The notes below the pieces were generated by a model. The model saw nothing but the letters and a program-made list of their open reading frames with translations. It ran no database searches and was not told the origin of the DNA. The translations under genes were made by a program, and so were the position numbers. A DNA stretch of 64,000 nt from Raja brachyura (lineage: Eukaryota). Of this stretch, positions 23,314-35,789 are shown piece by piece. How positions within the stretch are numbered: the stretch's first letter is position 1; each line of letters starts with the position of its first letter. The stretch covers positions 42,780,001 through 42,844,000 of the forward strand of contig OY740800.1 in the NCBI GenBank assembly GCA_963514005.1, read 5' to 3'.

Positions 23314-26300
23314 AAAATGGTTTTCTTACCTCGGGTAATCTTATAATGTCAGCGTCGTGTAGGATGTTGAAGGTTGTGCCCTTGTATAATGCCTGTGCCA
23401 CACACCAGGGGTCTTCCTGCTTATGGTCCCTGGCATTCCATTCTTCTAAACCTTACTTAAAGGAAATTAAGTACATTAGTAAACATGAGAAATGTTCCTA
23501 TTTCCGAATGCTTCTCCTCCTCCCCGCCAAAGGTCTGATCCTGTAGTAGTTGCACCTTGAGTTCTTCATTCCTCGTAATGGAATTCTGACGTGACAGTCT
23601 GCCAATGATTAGCTGTTTCAACTTTCTAAACCAGTCTGACATTTATAAGTAATGCCACCCAAGGACAGTAGAACTGGTTAACATCTGGCTCATACAAGCG
23701 GAAGTCCTTTCCTGCCATCACCCAAGGGAAAACATAAGAATTTGTGTTGTTACAATATATATGACACTTGACTCGTGATTCCGTTGACTTGACTCTGACT
23801 CTTGACTAATTCAGTTAAACAGATGTTCTTCCTCCATTCTATATTAATTTTAACCAACTTAGTTTGAACATTCACTCTCATGACATTTCTTCATTATATT
23901 TATACCTTCCTAACTTCCCTTTGTCTTAGTTAATCCTATTTCTCTATTTACTGCTTCTTTCCAAAGTAAGACACCTGTCTTATCCCCATCACACCAAAAT
24001 ATGTTTATTCTAATAACTTCCAAGATTTACACAAATAACTTAGAAAATACTTAATATCTTTGATCAGGTCATGAGTGAGTTCATTTATAATATTATGTAA
24101 AGTTGATTATTTAGAATTATTGGCTAAGATATTCTTGAACAATTTAAAAAGGATGTTAATGTGGCGTTTTGTAAAGCTTGGACAAGTTTTAGGTGTCCAG
24201 GTGTGAGGAATGTATGGCCTTTAACAGTCACTGTTGTGTTAGAGTATTAGTTGTGAGATGAAAAGGATCTTGTACAAAGGACTCTCCACTTAGACTAGCC
24301 AAAACAAATTGGCAAAAGTAGTGTGGACAACCAGATCATTCATGACCATATCTTGGGCAAATGTATCATGGATTCAACCAAGTACATAACATAGCCTGTG
24401 CTTGGTTGGTTCTATGATATAGTCTTGAGAAACATCTTGTAGGTTTGCATGTTAGGTTAAAAAAAAATGAAATACCGGGGATACTCATCAGGCCAGGCAG
24501 CATCGATGGAGAAGTAGACAGTTAATATTTCAGTTAAGCAGAATTGTAAAGGTAGGAAAATAAGCATGTTGTAAATTCCGGAGAGTGCGAGAACACATAG
24601 GGAATATCTGTGATATATGTATTTAGTGCCCAGTTTAGGGAAATGAACTCTTAAGATTTTTCCAATCTTTGAAGCCCCCATAACTCTTCCATGAGTATTA
24701 AAGGCTTCAAAGAGAAAATTGAATACACTCTAAAATATGCCAAACAAAGTGTCAAGAAACAACGATAATAAGATGCTTGCAACTCTGTTTAGAAGATAAA
24801 TATCACTCCATATTTCCCTTCAGTAAGCTCTTATTTCATTACTGCAACAAATTAAATGAGTCTGCTTTCGATATTTCCTTGGCAATGAAAGCCATATGCC
24901 TAAAAATTGATCTTTGGTTGGTAGTGCTAAATGTACTCTATAGAATCATGAGCGCATTACATTGCCTCTGAAGTCTTTTCCTTTGAAGTCAATGGAATGA
25001 ATTTCAGAGGACGAATGCAATATGCTGAATTGACAATGTAGCATGTTTATTGCTATCAATCGGTGAACTTTGTGGGCAATAGTGTGTTGCTTAAGTTATA
25101 ACAAGCCCAATGCCACATTGTAGTTCTTAACTACTTGTCTCATTAGAGTTGCATTTGGTGCTCTTTCTGAGCTGTCAGTTATTTAACTTCTGGTATTATC
25201 CAGATTTACTGGAAAACTTGTTACATCCACAAATTACAGCAGACTGATATTGAAATAGTCCTGGCAAGTCACAATTATAGAGATGGGGCTTCCAATTTTG
25301 AAGAATGACTATTGCAAAAAATGATGGGAGGGAAATAAAAATCAGTTGTACAATTCAACTGTGAGTATGAGTATATGTGCACGTGATCCCAGTCCTAAAT
25401 GCCTGTGATAGCAATCAGAAAGGGATTGGCTCAGATAAGAGAAAGGGATTGGCTGAGGTAATCTACTACAATGTATTCTGGGAAACTGGGAATGATTCTT
25501 TGCCTTACCAACTTCCATCGTTGACAAACTGCTTGGAGCAATGCAGTACCATCTGGAGGGAATGTTAAACAGCTGTGGTATATGCTTCTAATAGTCTTCA
25601 TTTGCATTCATTCATGCCCTTCAGACAGATCCCATCCTCCTGCTGCATAGGAACTCATTTGAAAAATCTCTGCCTGCTGTTTTGAAAGGGTATTTCTTGC
25701 ATCAGCCAATTCACCTTCCCCGAACATTGTTTCCCTGTGGTAGACAAAAATGCTGGAGAAACTCAGCGGGTGAAACTGCTGGAGGGGTTACGTTGCTCTG
25801 CTCCGCCAAACTGCTGTTGCGATTTTAATCCCTCTGTCATCTCAGAACGCAAGCAAAGGAAGGCAGGTATGACCTGCTGTGAGTTGGCCTCAGAAAATGG
25901 GTGACAGTGAGCAGCATTATGACCTGCAGCCAGAAGACCGGTACCATCATATTTTGAATTGGAAAGAAAATCAGGCCTTTCAACTTTTTGTAGAATACTT
26001 TAAAACAAGGCAACGCAGATTTCTGCATGTGTGCCCACTGCGGACACACACACAAGCCTCCCCCTTCCCCATCTATATCTTCACACACACCTGTCAATCT
26101 TCTCTATATAATATTGCGTAATTGAATAACTTTGAACGACAGATGTTGGTCAGCAAAACCTTTGACAGAATTATTTTACCAATGTAATCAAATGATAACC
26201 AAATGTTGTAGGAAACAGCTTTACATTAAACATTGTGCACTGGCAAAAACATTTGGACATACTTGTCTAGATAGAACATTACAAAAGATAAATAGACAAC

Positions 26301-27053
26301 TTCAAATTACATGAATGTGTAAGAATTACTTTTGGTCATGAAACTGTAAAATTAATATGTCGAGTTCCTAACCACCATGCCAAGCAAACTATAAAAATAT
26401 TTTAGTACTAGTGTGCGATTAAGTAAATGGTTCTCCCAAAGACGGCATGGATTTCATTTTATATGGCAGAATGGACCCAATCACCCATCGCTCTGGTGGT
26501 GGCTTCTCTTTAGAGGGCAGCTGAATTAGTGAAGTAGCTTGTTGGTTGTAAAGCTCGCCACTCCTTCACAGGCGATGTAGGTTTCTTTATCATACATACT
26601 ACTGGCAACGAGAATCTCCCATCCTTGCTTTGGTGAGCAACGTCTGCTATTGAGTGATCCAGCGCGATTAGTTAGAATTTGTTAATTCTAACTAATCATT
26701 TTACAGATCTTTGCCACCGATTTGAAACAGGAGTTGCCGGTCCAGATATCTGCAACCTACACTAAGATGTTAAGAATATAATTGCATTTTCTAGCCTATA
26801 TCGCTCAGCTCTACACAAATGTTACATTTAACAGTTCTATATTGTACTTTTTCGGCTAAAGAGGAAAGATTCCCAAATGGGTGCCGATTCCAACCTTAGT
26901 TCTGCATATTTGTGATTTCCCAAAATGTCAGGGATACGCTGAATGTCCTTGCTTTTTTCTGAGCTATCCCATTTTGGAACCATTGGAAATTCAAAGTAGT
27001 ATGATGAAACAGCTAAGAAATAGAGGCTAAATATATAGGATGGAAAGGTTGCA

Positions 27054-27072
27054 CAGAGTCACCTAGTGGTCA
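27054..27072 (-). promoter_or_regulatory. Possible CTCF-type motif
   Basis: Minus strand TGACCACTAGGTGACTCTG resembles the CCACTAGGTGGC core. This is a motif match only. Confidence 0.25.
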
Positions 27073-27950
27073 GAAAAATACCCGAGAAGTCTTTTGAAAA
27101 ATGTATTAAACGAAACTGATATTTTGGAATGAAGATTGGCGAGTGGTGATCTGAAAAAACCACAACCCTGAACAATTATGTACCTCTGCTCTGTCTTAAA
27201 GCAGCTTACTACACATTGCAATCTCATTTTTGCAAAAGGGGAACAGGTAGGATCGATGCACAGAATCTGTTATTCAGGCTCGGGGAATCAAAAACAAGAG
27301 GACATACATTTAAAGTGAGAGGGACAAGATTTAATACAAACCTGAGGGACAACTTTCCACTCTTGGTCGTCAAGGAAGACTTGGTCTGAAGGGCCTGTTT
27401 CAGTTCCCTGTCGTTTAATCTTTTTTTATCTCCTGCTCATTGTGAGAACCTTTGTAAAGCACTGAAAGAATTTCTTCGGTCTGAGGGTGACATAACAACC
27501 TTTGCTGTAGAGGTTATTGCCCGAAACCCAGAGATGTATATTTTCATGCCATATTTTAATAGTTGTTCAATGATTTACGGTAGACTCAAATTACGTATGG
27601 TTTCAGTAATTTTCCAAAGTCAACATAGTATGACTTCAGTTCTCACTCAGACGAATATCTTGAACACACCAATGATGGTAACAGGAAATGGCATGTAATT
27701 GAACTTTAACAATGGTAACCATATAACAATTACAGCACGGAAACAGGCCACCTCGGCCCTTCAAGTCCGTGCCGAACAACTTTTTTCCCTTAGTCCCACC
27801 TGCCTGCACTCATACCATAACCCTCCATACCCTTCTCATCCATATGCCTATCCAATTTATTTTTAAATGATACCAACGAACCTGCCGCCACCACTTCCAC
27901 TGGAAGCTCATTCCACACCGCTACCACTCTCTGAGTAAAGAAGTTCCCCC

Positions 27951-30833
27951 TCATGTTACCCCTAAACCTCTGTCCCTTAATTCTAAAGTCATGTCCTCTT
28001 GTTTGAATCTTCCATTTCTCAAAGGGAAAAGCTTGTCCACATTAACTCTGTCTATCCCTCTCATCAATTTAAAGACCTCTATCAAGTCACCCCTTAACCT
28101 TCTGCGCTCCAGAGAATAAAGACCTAACTTATTCAACCTATCTCTGTAACTTAGCTGTTGAAACCCAGGCAACATTCTAGTAAATCTCCTCTGTACCCTC
28201 TCTATTTTGTTGACATCCTTCCTATAATTGGGCGACCAAAATTGTACACCATACGCCAGATTTGGTCTCACCAATGTCTTGTACAATTTTAACATTACAT
28301 CCCAGCTTCTATACTCAATGCTCTGATTTATAAAGGCTAGCATACCAAAAGCTTTCTTTACCACCCTATCTATATGAGATTCTACCTTCAAGGAACTATG
28401 CACGGTTATTCCCAGATCCCTCTGTTCAACTGTGTTCTTCAATTCCCTACCGTTTACCATGTAAGTCCTATTTTGATTTGTCCTGCCAAGGTGTAGCACC
28501 TCACATTTATCAGCATTAAACTCCATCTGCCATCTTTCAGCCCATTTTTCCAACTGGCCTAAATCACTCTGTAGACTTTGGAAATCCTCTTCATTATCCA
28601 CAACACCCCCTATCTTGGTATCATCTGCATACTTACTAATCCAATTTACCACCCCTTCATCCAGATCATTGATGTACATGACAAACAACAAAGGACCCAA
28701 CACAGATCCCTGAGGCACCCCACTAGTCACCTGCCTCCAACCCGACAAACAGCCATCCACCATTACCCTCTGGCTTCTCCCATTCAGCCACTGTTGAATC
28801 CATCTTGCTATTCCTGCATTTACACCCAACAGTTGAACCTTCTTAACCAACCTTCCATGAGGAACCTTGTCAAAGGCCTTACTGAAGTCCATATAGACAA
28901 CATCCACTGCTTTACCCTCGTCAATTTCCCTAGTAACCTCTTCAAAAAATTCAAGAAGATTAGTCAAACATGACCTTCCAGGCATAAATCCATGTTGACT
29001 GTTCCTAATTAGACCCTCTTTATCCAGATACTTATATATATTATCTCTAAGTATCTTTTCCATTAATTTGCCCACCACTGAAGTCAAACTAACCGGTCTA
29101 TAATTGCTAGGTTTACTTTTAGAACCCTTTTTAAACAATGGAACAACATGCGCAGTACGCCAATCCTCGGGGACTATTCCAGTTTCTAATGACATTTGAA
29201 ATATTTCTGTCATAGCCCCGGCTATTTCTACACTAACTTCCCTCAATGTCCTAGGGAATATCCTGTCAGGACCTGGAGACTTATCCACTTTTATATTTTT
29301 CAAAAGTGCCAGTACTTCTTTTACTTTGAAACTCATAGTATCCATAGCTACTCTACTAGTTTCCCTTACCTCACATAATTCAATATCCTTCTCCTTGGTG
29401 AATACCGAAGAAAAGAAATTGTTCAATATCTCCCCCATCTCTTTTGGCTCTGCAGATAGCTGTCCACTCGGTCTCTCCAATGGACCAATTTTATCCCTTG
29501 TTATCCTTTTGCTATTAACATAGCTGTAGAAACCCTTTGGATTTACTTTCACCTTACTTGCCAAAGCAACCTCATATCTTCTTTTAGCTTTTCTAATTTC
29601 TTTCTTTAGATTCTTTTTACATTCCTTATACTCCTCAAGCACATCATTTACTTCATGCTGCCTATAATTATTGTAGATCTCCCTCTTTTTCCGAACAAGA
29701 TGTCCAATTTCCCTTGAAAACCAGGGCTCTTTCCAATTTTTACTGGTTCCTTTCAACCGAACAGGAACATAAAGATTTTGTACTCTTAAAATTTCCCCTT
29801 TAAATGTCCTCCATTTCTCCTCTACATCTTTCCCATAAAACAAAATGTCCCAGTTCACTCCTTTTAAATCATCTCACATCTCGTTAAAGTTAGCCTTTCT
29901 CCAATCAAAAATCTCAACCCTAGGCCCAGTTCTGTCCTTCTCCATAATTATATTGAAACTAATGGTATTGTGATCACTGGACCCGAAGTGCTCCCCTACG
30001 CATACCTCCACCACCTGTCCCGTCTCATTTCCTAACAGGAGGTCCAGCACTGCCCCTCCTCTAGTAGGCACCTCTATGTATTGCTGCAAAAAACTATCCT
30101 GCACACATTTTACAAACTCCAAACCATCCAGCCCATTTACAGAATGTGTTTCCCAGTCTATGTGTGGAAAGTTGAAATCTCCCACAATCACTACCTTGTG
30201 CTTACTACTAATATCTGCTATCTCTTTACATATTTGCTCTTCCAATTCTCGTTCCCCATTTGGCGGTCTATAATATACCCCTATAAGTGTTGCTACACCT
30301 TTCCCACTTCTAAGTTCCACCCAAATAGCCTCCCTAGATGAGCCCTCCAATCTATCCTGCCAAAGCACTGCTGTAATATCTTCCCTGACTAGCAATGCAA
30401 CACCTCCACCTCTTGCCCCTCCAATTCTATCACACCTGAAGCAACGAAATCCTGGAATATTTAGTTTCCAATCACAGCCCTCCTGCAACCATGTTTCACT
30501 GATCGCCACAACATCATACTTCCAGGTGTCTATCCAGACTCTAAGCTCATCCACCTTTCTTACAATGCTCCTAGCATTAAAATATGCACATTTAAGAAAC
30601 CCCCCATCTCTTATTCTCTGTTTATTTCCTTTTTTTTCTTTCTCCTCTTGTGTCCGAGTGCTTCCCTTTTCTGCTTCCTGCCTCCCATTCTGTCTACTAG
30701 CTTTTGCTATTTGCATCCCTCGCCCCAACCATTCTAGTTTAAAGTCTCCCCAGTGGCCTTTGCAAATTTCCCCGCCAGGATATTGGTCCCCCTCGGGTTC
30801 AAGTGCAACCCATCCTTTCTGTACAGGTCCCAC
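27951..30833 (-). pseudogene. CR1 ORF2 (APE endonuclease plus reverse transcriptase) with one in-frame stop and one C-terminal frameshift
   Basis: EN motifs: YFNARS, ISETW, YYRPP, GDFN, SDH. The TGA at 29874-29876 is in frame with the RT ORF (EM*DDLKGVNWD). RT motifs: NYRPVSLTS, DFSKAFDKV, GVPQGSVLGP, YADD. A 1-nt loss near 28012-28017 is seen relative to the 60562 copy. Confidence 0.92.
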
Positions 30834-31669
30834 CTACCCCAAAAGAAGTCCCAATGATCCAGAAACTTGAATCCCTGCCCTCTGCACCAGTCTTTCAGCC
30901 AAGCATTTATCCTCCACCTTGCTTCATTTCTACTCTCACTGTCACGTGGCACAGGCAGTAATCCTGAGATTGTTACCTTTTTGGTCCTTTTCCTCAACTC
31001 TCCTCCCAAGTCCTTAAATCCTCCCTTCAGGACCTCTTCTCTTTTTTTACCTATGTCATTGGTACCTATATGTACCACGACCTCAGGCTCCTCTCCCTCT
31101 GATTTGAGGATATCTTGGACACGTTTAGACACGTCCAAGACCTTGGCACCAGGGAGGCAGACCACCATCCTGGTCTCCCGACTGCGTCCACAGAATCGCC
31201 TATCCGACCCCCTAACAATAGAGTCCCCAATTACTATTGCCCTCCTCTTTTTTTCCCTACCTTTCGGAGTAACAGGGGCGGTCTCTGTGCTGAAGGCCCG
31301 TCCGCTGTCGCTACCCCAGGGTAGGCTGTCACCCCCATCCGTACTCAAACAGGAGTACTTATTTGCCAGGTGTACTGACATTGGAGTACTCACTTGTTCA
31401 TGCCTCTGCCCCTTGCCCTTCCTTAGTGTGACCCACATGTCTCTCTCCTGTGGTTTTGGAGTGACCACCTCCCTATAACTCTCCTCTATCACCTTTTCAC
31501 TCTCCCTGACCAGGCAGAGGTCATCGAGCTGCTGCTCCAGGATCCTAATACGGTCCCTTAGGAGCCCCATCTCTCTGCACCTGATGCAGATGTGGACGTC
31601 AAGAGGGCCATCCGACACCATGACCTCCCACATCTGACATGCAGTACAGTACACTGCTCTGGCTGACAT
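30734..31669 (-). CDS. CR1 ORF1p: CxxC..CxxC zinc finger, coiled coil, SGNH/GDSL esterase domain (311 aa, intact)
   Basis: CTAC...CIRC; LRDRIRILEQQLDDL; IVIGDSIVR, VVHIGTND, DGLHLN esterase blocks. Confidence 0.9.
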   Translation of the reverse strand: MSARAVYCTACQMWEVMVSDGPLDVHICIRCREMGLLRDRIRILEQQLDDLCLVRESEKVIEESYREVVTPKPQERDMWVTLRKGKGQRHEQVSTPMSVHLANKYSCLSTDGGDSLPWGSDSGRAFSTETAPVTPKGREKKRRAIVIGDSIVRGSDRRFCGRSRETRMVVCLPGAKVLDVSKRVQDILKSEGEEPEVVVHIGTNDIGKKREEVLKGGFKDLGGELRKRTKKVTISGLLPVPRDSESRNEARWRINAWLKDWCRGQGFKFLDHWDFFWGRWDLYRKDGLHLNPRGTNILAGKFAKATGETLN

Positions 31670-31803
31670 TCTCTCGCCTTACCCTGGATCCGATATCAGT
31701 ATAATATAATGGAAACTGCTGTGAGAAATCAGCAGGTATCTGACTCAAACAGCAGCTCCCTCTTGACCTTTAACCTACACCTTTATTATGCAAACCAAAA
31801 GCA

Positions 31804-32141
31804 CTGTACCTTTACTCACCCCCTGTACCTTTACTCACCCACTGTACCTTTACTCACCCACTGTACCTTTACTCACCCACTGTACCTTTACTCACCCACT
31901 GTACCTTTACTCACCCACTGTACCTTTACTCACCCACTGTACCTTTACTCACCCCCTGTACCTTTACTCACCCCCTGTACCTTTACTCACCCCCTGTACC
32001 TTTACTCACCCCCTGTACCTTTACTCACCCCCTGTACCTTTACTCACCCCCTGTACCTTTACTCACCCCCTGTACCTTTACTCACCCCCTGTACCTTTAC
32101 TCACCCCCTGTACCTTTACTCACCCCCTGTACCCCCTGTAC
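31804..32141. repeat. 19-bp minisatellite CTGTACCTTTACTCACCC(C/A), 17 full units plus partial
   Basis: Full units span 31804-32126 with last-base pattern C, A x6, C x10. There are no spacers. Confidence 0.95.
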
Positions 32142-32299
32142 TGGTACACCAGTTCAATAAAAACTCACGGCTTTTTGACAACCTAAGAATGCATGGTAAC
32201 ATGCAGATAACGTTAAAGGCAGTGGGCATTACAAAATTAATTGTGAAGAGTGAAGTAAATGGAAGCACCAGCTAACGATGTAAATTCTTTCAATGTAAG

Positions 32300-32398
32300 A
32301 TCTGAAGAAGGGTCTCGACCCGAAACATCACCCATTTTTTTCTCTCCTGAGATGCTGCCTGTCCCGCTGAAGTTACTCCAGTATTTTGTGTCTATCTT
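32300..32398 (+). mobile_element. PLE-derived hammerhead-type element (subfamily B)
   Basis: tctgaagaagggtctcgacccgaaacatcaccc...gtcccgctgaagttactccag. Confidence 0.8.
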
Positions 32399-33554
32399 CA
32401 AAGTAAATTTGTATGCAGGTGATTGAGTATTACAACACATGACTCCCATTATTTGCTGCTGCAGTGATGAGGACACGGCATTAAGCATTTATGAGAATAA
32501 CAGTTCCACTTATCTGTCCAAGGCCCCATCCTAATTTGGTTAGTTTTGTAACATGCATAGAAACATAGGTGCAGGAGTAGGCCATTCAGCCCTGCAGGTA
32601 GAGAGAAGGGGGCAAGTGTCAAATGAGTATGGTCAGTGGCTTTAAGAACATTTTGCGTACGTGCATGCAGTAGGAAGTCCAGATCAGCATCTGCTCCTGG
32701 CTGAATCTAGATAAGGCAATCACCCATCATCAACAGAGTTAAGTGTACCAAAGCCCGCCGGTCAGGCTCTGCAAGTTATTCATTACTGCGGTAAGCTTTC
32801 TTTCATATAATGCTGTAGAAAATATGATTTGTCTGCTTCAAAGGAACTTTTAAATGTTTGTAGTTGTGGCTTTGTAGGAACAGGGTGGACAAATAAGCCT
32901 TTTTTTCCTTTCTATTATTCATTATTTTTCAGGTCTGAATTGGGTTTTTTTTTTACTTGAGTGGGGTATAAAAATTTGCCCAGAAGATCAGGGATGAAAA
33001 TAAGCACTTCTGGAAAGAGATGTGGAGCGAGGTGAATCGGGCTTGATTGGGGTCAGTTCAGGGAGATAGAACCGGATAAGGAGTTACTTTGGTGAGGTTC
33101 CAGTAGAGTACACACACCCGTTACCCTCCGCCCCCACCATCCCCCTAAAAACCCAATTATATATTGCAATTTAATCCAAAATTAATTCCAGCCAATTTTG
33201 AAAAAGCTGCAATTGATCTTTTTACTAATATGTGTTAAACAACAAAAATAAGAACTTCATTAGAAGGCAGCAAATAGGTTATATGGCCTTGGGTGTAGTG
33301 ACACAATAGTGGCAAATTAGTTTGTGATTATGATGATTTTGCAAGGAAAACATTACGATGAGTATTGACTAACAATGAACAATTAACAGCTGGATTATAG
33401 CAATCCTATTTACTGGTTTCCAGAGTGTTCTAGGCTAGGAGCTCATTTACTTATCAGGCCTGTTATTGTAGAGAGGAGTAGCATAAATTGAGCAAAGAGG
33501 GGGAACAAAAGGCAAACAGCTAACATTGAAACTCCAAAATAAGTTTATTTAAAG

Positions 33555-33840
33555 CTTAAAAAGACATAACGTGTTAGTGTAACTCAGCGGGTCAGACATC
33601 TCTGGAGAACATGGATAGATAACGTTTCAGATCGGCACCCTTTTGCAGACTGATGTGGGGGAGAAAGCTGGAAGAGACATGGGGTCAGGACAAAGCCCAC
33701 AACAATCAGCCTGAAGAAAGGTCCCAACCCAAAAGGTCAACAATCCATGTTCTACAAAGATGCTGCCGGATCCGCTGTGTTATTCCAGCCCTTTGTGTCT
33801 TTTTTTGTAAACCAGCATCTACAGTTCCTTGTGTTTCTTT
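33555..33840. mobile_element. Inverted (head-to-head) PLE pseudo-LTR pair
   Basis: Minus copy at about 33560-33700 and plus copy from cctgaagaaaggtcccaacccaaaagg at 33710. Confidence 0.7.
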
Positions 33841-34014
33841 ATTTAAAATGTATTAGTTAGTGTATGCCTATAATAATTCTGATATAAACAACAATGGCAT
33901 CCTTTTTAATTTATTCCTTTCAATCCATATTTCTGTCCTGCCAAAAGATAATCCTGAAATTCAAGTGCACAGAAGCAAGTTTGTTTTATTCTTGTATTTC
34001 CAGCAAAGGGAAAC

Positions 34015-34068
34015 AATTAAGCATCATTTAATAATTAAGCATAATTTAATAATTAAGCATCATTTAAT
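34015..34068. repeat. 18-bp tandem repeat x3 (AATTAAGCAT(C/A)ATTTAAT)
   Basis: Read directly from the sequence. Confidence 0.85.
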
Positions 34069-35272
34069 ATACTTTTTAAGGTGGTTTAAAAATGAAACTG
34101 CTTGGCATTAGCAGCTTCTCATTGTAAGTGTGCTAGTTGTTAGAGCTATCGCAGATTTGTTACATCTGTGCATTGTTGTAGCTGTGCCAAACAAGATAGA
34201 GTTGTTATCAGAACATTTTTATTGCACCACAAATGAACCCTGCATATTTTACAATAAAGAGGCACTGGTGGTTTGCATTGCAGGCTGCCAGGGTTGCAGA
34301 ATGTACTGTACACCTGGTAATTGCTCAGTAAACTAACAGCAGCATACCAATAAACCAGGAAGCTCAATTTCTCTAACTTGCCTTTATTTTCAAATTGATA
34401 ACTTGCCTTCATTTTGAGATCAAGAACTGTGATCTGCAGAATTAGTGGTGAATTGAAGCATTTGAATACTTCTTTAAATCTAACGCAGGCCTTCCACTAG
34501 CAACAGATTTGATTATAGCTTCTGCCATCTGTGTGAACCCGAATTGCCTCTCAAAAAATATCTTCATTGGAATGTCTGTGATTGTGCACAATAGAGAATG
34601 CACAACGAATCAGGGAGAATGAACCTTTTTCAAGAATTACTGACATTGTTTTATCTTTACCTATTAAATCCCACAGCAGTCTTAAAAAAATAAAAGACCA
34701 TCAGAATCAAAGCTTTAACCATCTGGTGCCTGTCTGACAGGGAGTGGTAATCGCTCATTTAACACGGCTTCTAGTTTGTTTATGCTTGACACACCATCTA
34801 ATCCCTGTACTTTGTCATGATCCCTTCAGTATTTGCATAACCTTCCCTATCTGAAAGCTTTCCTTGTAGTGATAAGGGGCGTTTATTTCCCTTGTCCACT
34901 CAAGGATCAAAATGTAACTTTGGCGTTATCTCTTCCCACTCCATTGCCATATCTTGCCATTGTGTGCAATGATCACCTTTCTGATAATTCACTGAATAAG
35001 GGGGCAAAGAAGAAGAATTAGATTATTATAAACAAATTATTGTTTTATTGTAAACTCACCAGGGAGCATAAAAAAAGAGTGGAACCTTTACAGTTGCATT
35101 CAGTTCTCTATCATATTTTCCAATGGCAAATTTGGAAAATTATATTTATTACTTGGCTCATGTCTTTAAAAAGTTTATTTTTTATCTATGTTGTTATTAT
35201 ATTGTGTATGCTATCCATCACATTAAAAAAAAATTCTTATACCAGGACTTTGTTTTTATTCTCCATTTTAAA

Positions 35273-35660
35273 TTCTTCTTCTTCTTCTTCTTCTTCCGAA
35301 TGAAACATAAACCAAAGGAATAGTTAGATCTCAGCCAGGTTGTTGTCTCTGCGTCGATGTCTGCCAGGCCCTGAGCTCCATTTGGTGGGTGGTAGAGCGG
35401 GCACCCAGAGATGACATGGTTGGCTGTCTGTTGTTCTGCTCCGCATTCATTGTCTGGGCTCTGGCGGAGGGAGTCCCCATCCCCACACGCTGGCATTGAA
35501 ACGCCCAACTCAAGTACAAAGTCTGTTGAGCTTCACCCATGCTCCTCTGGGGTGGTCAGACCCTGGACAGCTTTTATCTGGTGAAGAGATGTAGCTGTGT
35601 AATAGAGATGTGGTTGCCTTCCACTCCTGTGACCATATTAAATCTTGCCAGTCCTCAAGT
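35273..35660 (-). mobile_element. Vingi/Ingi-like (I-group) LINE 3' fragment
   Basis: PGSDHPRGAWVKLNRLCT*VGRFNASVWGWGL, then after a frameshift ECGAEQQTANHVISGCPLYHPPNG...ETTTWL (CCHC-like knuckle). A (GAA)8 tail lies at 35273-35296. Confidence 0.7.
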
Positions 35661-35789
35661 TGGTAGTGGACACAAGAAACTGCAGATGCTGGACCTCACT
35701 TTCTGAGAACAGAGAAGAATACAGGACGGGAATAGGCCCTTCAGCTCACAATGTCCATGTCGAACAAGATGCCTTGTTAATCTAACCTC

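Larger units (their letters stand above)
27716..32141 (-). mobile_element. Near full-length young CR1-clade LINE
   Basis: Contains ORF1 and ORF2 (EN, RT), a 3' tail gcctgtttccgtgctgtaattgttatatgg, and a 5' region ending in a 19-bp minisatellite. Confidence 0.95.

Noticed and set aside
28578-28973. 131-aa ORF, duplicated at 60717-61112
   Set aside because: It is the antisense shadow of the CR1 RT and is identical only because the two LINE copies are near-identical.
31804-32141. CRISPR array, or genuine ORFs 31709-32275 and 31788-32186
   Set aside because: The 19-bp units are head-to-tail with no spacers in a eukaryotic context. The ORFs are open only because the unit lacks plus-strand stops.
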